This document shows, piece after piece, positions 27,310-34,031 of a stretch of 34,031 nt of DNA (position 1 is the first letter of the stretch; every line of letters begins with the position of its first letter). A model generated the notes under the pieces. It was not told the DNA's origin. It searched no databases and saw nothing but the letters and a program-made list of their open reading frames with translations. Origin of the DNA: Pseudobacteriovorax sp. (lineage in GTDB: Bacteria; Bdellovibrionota_B; Oligoflexia; Oligoflexales; Oligoflexaceae); contig JBNKNM010000043.1 of assembly GCA_050293845.1 (NCBI GenBank), positions 1 to 34,031 of the forward strand, read 5' to 3'. A program made the translations under genes and the position numbers.

Positions 27310-27486
27310 CTTTTCTTTCAGCTGCAGGCGATACAGATTCTTGCCAGCGTCATAAATCTTGATTCATAATATATTGGTAAAAAGTGCCGATAATCAATTA
27401 CCCGGCCCTAAAGGACTGATTTGCGGGGTAATCTGCCAAGGAAACTAGTCCTCCAGCTCTTAAACCAACTGTAAAGAGAGGAATAT

Positions 27487-28308
27487 ATGCCATTTGTATC
27501 GCGTCTCCATGGTGAAATCTTTTATGATGTGAAGGGCTATGGCGAGCCTTTAGTGATGCTACGAGGATTGGGACGCTCCTCTCGTTATTGGTTGGGCTAT
27601 GATGAGTACCTTGCGCAGTACTTTCGCGTGATTACCATTGACCAGCGTGGTATTGGTCAATCAACAGCCCCTCTGAACTGGCTTACCACTATCGAAGATA
27701 TGGCAGAAGATGTCATAGATGTTCTTAACGCTGTAGGTGTGGATGCGGCACATGTGTTTGGCTTATCCTTGGGAGGAATGATAGCCATGGCCATGGGGGC
27801 AAAATATCCCAGCTATTGCCGTAGGCTAATTATTGCTAACTCCTCAAGTGCTGATTCCTCGCCATCAAGAATAAAAATAACAGCGCTGAAACAGCTGATC
27901 AAAGCAGCTATTAAAGGTAACACAACCCATCGCACACTCATGGAGTTGGTAACAACCAAGCGGGTTGAACAGCGCATCGGGTATGAAATCCTAAATCGAT
28001 GGCGTGAAATTGTAGAAGAGGAAGGAATACCCATTGAAACGGCCTTAAAGCAGCTTGTATCAGCCTCACGCTTTCGCATAAAAGGGCGTATTGATACAAC
28101 ATTAGTCCCCACTTTAATTCTCTATGGAAACCAAGACCAGTTCGTACCTACTATTAACAGTAAACAACTTCATACGATCATTTCTGGGTCCAAATTAAAA
28201 GTGATTCGAGGGGTAGGTCATGAGATTACCATTGGGCAGGAGGAGCTCTTGAAAAATATCATTGTAGGATTCACTGAGTGCCGTGAATCCGTTAGTAAAG
28301 CTATTTAA
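27487..28308 (+). CDS. Alpha/beta-fold hydrolase
   Basis: DQRGIGQS, nucleophile elbow GLSLGG, PTLILYGNQD and catalytic His in GVGH. Confidence 0.92.
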   Translation: MPFVSRLHGEIFYDVKGYGEPLVMLRGLGRSSRYWLGYDEYLAQYFRVITIDQRGIGQSTAPLNWLTTIEDMAEDVIDVLNAVGVDAAHVFGLSLGGMIAMAMGAKYPSYCRRLIIANSSSADSSPSRIKITALKQLIKAAIKGNTTHRTLMELVTTKRVEQRIGYEILNRWREIVEEEGIPIETALKQLVSASRFRIKGRIDTTLVPTLILYGNQDQFVPTINSKQLHTIISGSKLKVIRGVGHEITIGQEELLKNIIVGFTECRESVSKAI

Positions 28309-28417
28309 AAACATTCATTACCTTTTGTAATTACTGGCTGCAGCGCTCCCTTTTTCTATTGTAATCAAGTTGCTTAAATAATCACTCCCAGTATCCGAAA
28401 GAAACATGGGAGGCTAT

Positions 28418-28708
28418 ATGATTACAGAATCCGTACCTCTTCAGGTATATGTTCGGCAAAGCTTTGATCTCAAAGAAATCAAGACGATAACTGATCAATG
28501 GAGGGTGGAAACTTCTAAATTGATTATGATTGTAATTTCCCACCTAAATGAAGTGGGGATATATAGTGTTGCACCTCATACTGAGCGTTTTATGCTTGCG
28601 ACTATAAAGAGGTTTCTTTTAAATTCTCCAGAAATCATAAGGCTGGTCCATGAAGCTGAGCGTCGCGAAAGAATGTTAGCACGCACTAAAAAGAGTCTTT
28701 CTGACTAA
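28418..28708 (+). CDS. Hypothetical protein
   Basis: ORF with GGAGG before ATG 28418. No recognisable motif. Confidence 0.55.
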   Translation: MITESVPLQVYVRQSFDLKEIKTITDQWRVETSKLIMIVISHLNEVGIYSVAPHTERFMLATIKRFLLNSPEIIRLVHEAERRERMLARTKKSLSD

Positions 28709-28956
28709 TGGATCAGGATCTGTTGTATTCAATTAAGAAGTCATCTAAAAAACATTTCCTTAGTGTAAAATATTCAGCGACGCAAAGCGAATCTTCCTGG
28801 TTAATTTTTGGTATCTTAAATTGAAGTTTTTAAACATACACAATCAATAAAATAACTGAGTTATAACCGAAGGGTAAGAAGATTTAGTTAAAGGGTAATT
28901 TGTAAATTACCGAGGCTATGTGAGGTTTCGCATAAATTTTAGGATTTGTTAGTTCA

Positions 28957-31863
28957 ATGTACTATAGACTTTTCATTTCTGTGCTGATTCTCTGCTTGTC
29001 TAAATCCCAAGCCCAGCAAGCTGATATTGAAATAGTCCCAATTTTAGACCATAGCTACAAATTAACCATTTACCGATTGCTTGAAATTTCTGCATATGAA
29101 GTTGGAATAGATAGGATCTCCCGCAAGAAAAAAGCAGAGACTCAATACCGCCGATTACTAGAAGATTTGGACTCAGTATCGAGAGAAGCCGAGCCTGATA
29201 GTGAAACGTTATATAAAGCACTATTGCAAGCAGTATCCCTGGCTCATTTCTATGGAATCAATAACCATTTAGAAAGGGCAGATGAACGATTAACACAAGT
29301 GCGTGCATGGGTGCAAACCTTCAGTAGCCAGTTTGTTAATCTTAGCAAAAATTCGAAAAATGCAGCTTGGGCAAAATACTATGGTCTGATTGCAAAATTT
29401 GGGCAATCCGATGGCAAAGGTGCCGCGGTCACTCAATTGATGGACCTTAAAAAGGAGGTTCAGAAAAATCCTGTTTTGGTCGCCAATATAGATTTACTTG
29501 TCGGTTATTCGTTGGTTCTTTCCACCAGTACGATGAAGCAAGGCAAAGACTACTTAAAACGGGCTCCCAGCTCATCGGTTTATGGTAGGATCGCTCATCG
29601 GCTTACTCGGACGTTGATGGAATCCGGAGTTGATGGAGAAGGTAAAGTTTATGATGAATTAGATCCAAAATTCAATAAGGATTTGGCCTATGTACTGAAT
29701 ATATCAAAGGGAGCTCCCACCGGTGTTCAGGAGTTTGTCTTAGATACTGCATTCTTCATTTGGAAGGCGCGCGACCCTACACTCGAGACGCAGTTATTTG
29801 ATGTTGAAGCTTTTAAGGGTTTGTTACCCGCTGATGCCTATATTGAGAGATTAGCATTAAAACATATTAGAGAAGGTGATTTCACACGAGCTATTAATCG
29901 TTATCAAGAGATTAGCAAGTATTACCGCGGGAAAAAATTCGGTTACAGAATTGACAGAAGAATTTGGAAGCTATATCTCCAGATATATTTGAGAAATAAG
30001 GATATCAAAGAACTTCAGATTGCATTTAAGAACTTCTGGAATCGGTACAATCAATCAAAAAAAGCAGAGTCAAAGCGATTTAAAAACCGGATTAAATCAG
30101 ATTTCAAGAAAATAACAACAAAATTAATTATCGCTGGAGCGAAGAAGTCTCAAGAAGCTCCACTGGCTATCGAAACAGCCAAGTTTTTACTAGCTCACAT
30201 TAGTTCGAGGCGAGAAGCCTACAACTATAAACTTAGATCTGCTCAACTGATGATGAAAATCAAAAGGTATGATGAAGCCGTCGATATATTTTTAGATTTG
30301 ACAAAAGATAATCCGGAAAAAAACTTTCCCCTAGCAATCAAAGCCCAGAGTCGCTTAGCTTTTTGGCCATTGCAACCACCATGGTCAGCACAAATATCGC
30401 AAAGAAATAGATCAGAACGCTTAAAACTCCTTAGTATTTATGAAAAATCTAGCAAGTTTAAGGGTAGTAAAGTACCTTGGGAAACTCTGGCACATATGGG
30501 TTTATTATACCGTAGCTTAGGTAAGCGTGGCTCCGCTGAAAGCCTGTGGTGGAAGTTTTTGCAAGGGGCTAAAAATACAAATAAACATGCTATGGAAGCT
30601 GCCGGGGTTTTATTTACTGATTATTACCAGTTAAAACGTTGGAACAACCTTATTGAGTTAAGCTATTTAGCATTGAAAAATAAATTTTCAATGACATACC
30701 AACTAAAACCCATTCAATTTCAAAAACCTTTTTCAGATGCACTTTTTACCCAAGGAGAATTGGATATCAAGGCTAAGAACCTTGATCGCGCAACAAAGTA
30801 TCTTGCAGATTTTATAAAGTTTTTTCCAAGTGATCCACGAGTTCCTCAGGCCTATCACGGTCTAGGTAATGCTTATAAAGGTCTCGGAAAGTTAGTGCCA
30901 GCTTTGAACGCTTTTAAAATATTGGCTGACAAATTTCCTAAGTATCCTGCAAGAAAATATATTCTAACAACTGGGGGTAATTGGGCAGTATCGAGCAAAA
31001 AAACAGTAGAGTATGCTTTCTTTTTTTACGGGAGATATCTTCGAGACTACTCGCAAGATGCCAATATTCCCCAAATTCGCGAAAGACTAGCTCAAATATA
31101 CCTTTCACAAAAGCTGTATGGTTGGGCTTCACGCCTGTATAAGGAACAGTCTTTATCCCGTCAGGTGCCACCTCAGGTTCAACTACAGGCCGCAATTAAG
31201 TATCTTGATATTGAAGAAAAGTATGGGCAACCCAATGATGCAGCTTTTGGTGCCAACAGAATTTTACAGCTGGCAAAACCTGACAGCCTCGCTGCAGGTA
31301 AAGCCTATGGCTTTCTGGCGAAGTATGCGGTGTCACGAAATGATATCAAAGAAATGCAAGCCTTAGAGCCGAAGTTAAGGCAAATATCTAAAAATTCAAA
31401 AGAAGCCCGTGAGGCCTTAGGTCTGATGAAATTTAAAATAGCACAGATTTACACAAGTCCCATAAAAAATACCGAAGCAAATGCCTTTCTTAAGGACCCG
31501 GAAGGAGCAGTTAAAGGATATTTTGATATGTTTAATCGCGAAAAGGTGCATTATGAGTCCGTATGTACTGTAGGTATGACAGAGAGCTGTGCACCGGCCA
31601 TGTTTAAGTTGGTATACCTTGCTGAGACTGCCATGGTAGCTATCAATGATGTTGAGATAGCTTCTACATTAGAAGAATCTCGGGTAAATGCATTTAAAGT
31701 ATTTAAGCAACTTCATATGTCAAAACTGGAACAAGCGGCAAAATATTATGCCCAAAACGCACTCAGGTTAGCTAGAAATGGAACGACCTCATCTATTTGG
31801 AAAACTGAGATCATAAAAGCGTTAGGTAGTAAAACTAGCTTCGGCGTTCAACGAGATCGCTGA
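28957..31863 (+). CDS. Large exported tetratricopeptide-repeat protein
   Basis: Signal peptide and TPR units such as ATKYLADFIKFFPSDPRVPQAYHGLGNAYKGLGKLVPALNAFKILADKFP. Confidence 0.85.
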   Translation: MYYRLFISVLILCLSKSQAQQADIEIVPILDHSYKLTIYRLLEISAYEVGIDRISRKKKAETQYRRLLEDLDSVSREAEPDSETLYKALLQAVSLAHFYGINNHLERADERLTQVRAWVQTFSSQFVNLSKNSKNAAWAKYYGLIAKFGQSDGKGAAVTQLMDLKKEVQKNPVLVANIDLLVGYSLVLSTSTMKQGKDYLKRAPSSSVYGRIAHRLTRTLMESGVDGEGKVYDELDPKFNKDLAYVLNISKGAPTGVQEFVLDTAFFIWKARDPTLETQLFDVEAFKGLLPADAYIERLALKHIREGDFTRAINRYQEISKYYRGKKFGYRIDRRIWKLYLQIYLRNKDIKELQIAFKNFWNRYNQSKKAESKRFKNRIKSDFKKITTKLIIAGAKKSQEAPLAIETAKFLLAHISSRREAYNYKLRSAQLMMKIKRYDEAVDIFLDLTKDNPEKNFPLAIKAQSRLAFWPLQPPWSAQISQRNRSERLKLLSIYEKSSKFKGSKVPWETLAHMGLLYRSLGKRGSAESLWWKFLQGAKNTNKHAMEAAGVLFTDYYQLKRWNNLIELSYLALKNKFSMTYQLKPIQFQKPFSDALFTQGELDIKAKNLDRATKYLADFIKFFPSDPRVPQAYHGLGNAYKGLGKLVPALNAFKILADKFPKYPARKYILTTGGNWAVSSKKTVEYAFFFYGRYLRDYSQDANIPQIRERLAQIYLSQKLYGWASRLYKEQSLSRQVPPQVQLQAAIKYLDIEEKYGQPNDAAFGANRILQLAKPDSLAAGKAYGFLAKYAVSRNDIKEMQALEPKLRQISKNSKEAREALGLMKFKIAQIYTSPIKNTEANAFLKDPEGAVKGYFDMFNREKVHYESVCTVGMTESCAPAMFKLVYLAETAMVAINDVEIASTLEESRVNAFKVFKQLHMSKLEQAAKYYAQNALRLARNGTTSSIWKTEIIKALGSKTSFGVQRDR

Positions 31864-31917
31864 AATCGAGACATATTTTTCAAGCTTTTATTGATTATGA
31901 GAAGAAGGAGGTGGCTA

Positions 31918-32298
31918 ATGGTTAAGGTATTACTTGTAGACGATGAGCCGGATTTTATAGAGTTCATTCGTCCGATGGTGGAAGAACTTGGTCTTCAGGT
32001 ATTACTGGCGAACAGCGGACGAAAAGCCCTTAAAATATTTGACTTGGAGTCACCCGATATATTGGTGACAGATATTGTTATGCCTATTATGAACGGGGTG
32101 GAGTTGATTGAAGCTGTTTCTGAAAAAGAAAAAGTACCAACTATTATAACAATTTCGGGGCATCCCGATTGGGATGAGAAACTCAAAAAAGTAGCGGCAT
32201 CGATCAGCGTTTCTTTATTAAAACCAACGAGAGTAGGAGATTTACTAGATTCTATTGATATTTGTCTAACTTTAATTGAACAAAAAAAGAATGAATGA
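31918..32298 (+). CDS. Single-domain response regulator (receiver only)
   Basis: VLLVDDE, phospho-Asp in TDIVMP, ISG and KP. Start ATG 31918 follows AGGAGG. Confidence 0.92.
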   Translation: MVKVLLVDDEPDFIEFIRPMVEELGLQVLLANSGRKALKIFDLESPDILVTDIVMPIMNGVELIEAVSEKEKVPTIITISGHPDWDEKLKKVAASISVSLLKPTRVGDLLDSIDICLTLIEQKKNE

Positions 32299-32544
32299 GC
32301 TTTTGCCTCAATAGTACTGATCTATAATAGATTTAAGTTATATGTAAATTTCTGAGAAAGCCTGAACTTTTTATTTTATGCCTTTCTTCTTAAGATTTCT
32401 TCAAATAAACCGGTAATTAGAAAATTCAATAAGGCAAGTACTGAAAACTTTGCTAGCTAGATATAGGATAGAAGTAAAAATTTCATTGACGTAGGTACTC
32501 AAATTGAATAAATAATTCTGTCGATGATGAGATTGGAGTTAGTT

Positions 32545-32844
32545 GTGAAAGTACAAGCAAGATCTAGCGTTATTCATGGTAAAGGGCTATTCGCGAAAAC
32601 AACTATCAAAAATGGCGAGCTAATTGGCGAGTTTAAAGGAATCCCCACTCAAAAAGATAATACCCATGTTTTATGGTATGAGGACGATAAAGGGTGGCAA
32701 GGTCTTTCTGTCACTAATGTTTTAAAATACGCAAACCACTCAAATTCCCCCAATGTAGAAGTGGTCGGTAAAGAAATGTACGCTATCCGTAAAATCAAGA
32801 CGGGAGAAGAAATTACTTTTCACTATGGAGAAGATTGGAGCTAA
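32545..32844 (+). CDS. Minimal SET-domain protein (putative lysine methyltransferase)
   Basis: SVIHGKGLFA, YANHSNSPN and IKTGEEITFHYG. The likely start is GTG 32545 after GGAG. Confidence 0.9.
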   Translation: MKVQARSSVIHGKGLFAKTTIKNGELIGEFKGIPTQKDNTHVLWYEDDKGWQGLSVTNVLKYANHSNSPNVEVVGKEMYAIRKIKTGEEITFHYGEDWS

Positions 32845-32994
32845 ATGCTTTCACTCTTTTGGGTTAAGGATGTTAACTGCTTAATCTATATTTTGACTTA
32901 AGATTTACCAGGATGTGAAAAAGCCTCTAATTGGCACATTGTAACGATGATTAATCTTTAATTAGTCTTGCAACTACATTTATACGTATCAGAC

Positions 32995-34031
32995 TCATAC
33001 CTTTTTCGAGGCTGGCAAAGGTGAAATAGAAAAGTCATCTGATACTTTCGGCTGCAGCCTACTGCTTATTTCAGATGTTTTCAACTGCTGCTGGCGTGCG
33101 TAGTCATGCCCAGCTAGAGTCCGGTTTGCGTAGTCGCTATATGCTTTGAGTCTTTGACTGGTGAGCGCGGCAGACTCAGTTTCTATACTTTTTTCAATAC
33201 CTACCCTATGTTCATCATTTTTTAGCTCCAGTTCATTGACTGGTGACACATGATCTCTGGATGGCGAAAAACTGTTAGGGTCGAGAACAGCTTCCCGACC
33301 TTGTTGGGGGTATAGTGCAAAGATTTCCTTTGAATATATTTCAATTGCTTTATTTCTATCTATAGGTCCCTGGTCACTTTCAAAGTCTTCATTTAGCTTT
33401 ATGCTGAGAAGACTTGTATCAATAGCATGTCGGAGATGCTGCTGTGCAATAACTGAGCTGATAAAATCCACGTTTGGGTTCTGCTGGTTACTGTATTGTT
33501 GGTCATCTTTTTTTCTGTATGTTGCCATAGCATGATGTTGATTTTCCAGGAACGGTAGTAACAACTGATACTGAGCACGCAATTGGTGGTGTAACTTCGT
33601 CCAATACTGATTAATTTCGCCTCTTATCTTGGCGAGCTGCTGTTTGTCTGCTTTCTGGTGGAGAGCAGAGTTTTTTAAGTCCAGAAGGGAGAATAGTCGG
33701 TTTTGAAAAAACTGCTCGAAATCTTTGTGAATATGATAAAAAAACTCTGTGAGATGTTTTTCCCGACCTTTATCTTGTATCAATTTCTCATGTTGCCATT
33801 GCAATAGCTTCTTTTGATTTGGTACTTTTATGTTAAATCGGTACGGATTTATCAGGATTTCTGCGAACTCTCTTGCTTGCTCCTGTTTGTCCAAGTTCCA
33901 CTGCCTTGTATGCCAATCCATACGTAGGTGAGTCTGTAACCACTCTTTTTTATGAACAGCCAAAAAAGTTTCGCGAGATTTTATAGCGCGGTCATAAACC
34001 TGGGAAAACAACAAAGCTGTGAAGTAATCTT
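32995..34031 (-). CDS. Hypothetical helical protein, 5'-truncated by the window edge
   Basis: The frame is open to the end of the window. Q/K/H-rich and helical, with no recognised motif. Confidence 0.65.
   Translation of the reverse strand, partial: DYFTALLFSQVYDRAIKSRETFLAVHKKEWLQTHLRMDWHTRQWNLDKQEQAREFAEILINPYRFNIKVPNQKKLLQWQHEKLIQDKGREKHLTEFFYHIHKDFEQFFQNRLFSLLDLKNSALHQKADKQQLAKIRGEINQYWTKLHHQLRAQYQLLLPFLENQHHAMATYRKKDDQQYSNQQNPNVDFISSVIAQQHLRHAIDTSLLSIKLNEDFESDQGPIDRNKAIEIYSKEIFALYPQQGREAVLDPNSFSPSRDHVSPVNELELKNDEHRVGIEKSIETESAALTSQRLKAYSDYANRTLAGHDYARQQQLKTSEISSRLQPKVSDDFSISPLPASKKV

Noticed and set aside
28957..31863. Assigning the TPR protein as a gliding-motility (Agm/Glt) component
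   Set aside because: Only generic TPR features are visible, and no neighbouring gliding genes occur in the window.
1835..32186. Numerous short ORFs nested in or antisense to long genes
   Set aside because: They are shadow ORFs of well-supported CDSs, with no motifs or RBS.
1..34031. CRISPR array, tRNA/rRNA, or array-associated Cas12-like role for the TnpB
   Set aside because: No spaced direct repeats or RNA-gene signatures were seen. The tnpB sits within standard IS ends next to tnpA.

Overview
AT-rich bacterial window. The gene content (HTH/DUF4423-like regulator, long TPR protein, many Cys-rich lipoproteins) suggests Oligoflexia/Bdellovibrionota, but that is inference. Core-type genes lie at both ends. 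Left: a partial GAF+PP2C phosphatase, a beta-barrel protein, and asnB with a divergent AsnC/Lrp. Right: a glutaredoxin-like gene, adenine deaminase, a LON-N domain protein, an alpha/beta hydrolase, a TPR protein, a receiver-only response regulator and a SET protein. Between them is an accessory region (~4.9-23.4 kb) with three mobile-element relics: an IS200/IS605 element with intact-looking ends and a frameshifted, Fanzor-like rearranged-RuvC tnpB; a degraded IS630 with TIRs; and an IS91-type transposase fragment. The main candidate novel system (9849-17321) is an operon of three paralogous lipoproteins sharing a MACPF/CDC-like N-terminal domain, two of them ending in capped LRR domains. It is transcribed divergently, across a perfect 11-bp inverted repeat, from a secreted stand-alone LRR protein with a similar cap. 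It may be a multi-component, LRR-targeted pore-forming system. Two Cys-repeat/beta-propeller lipoproteins and a secreted C1q-like protein follow. All family calls come from motif reading by eye; no searches were run.
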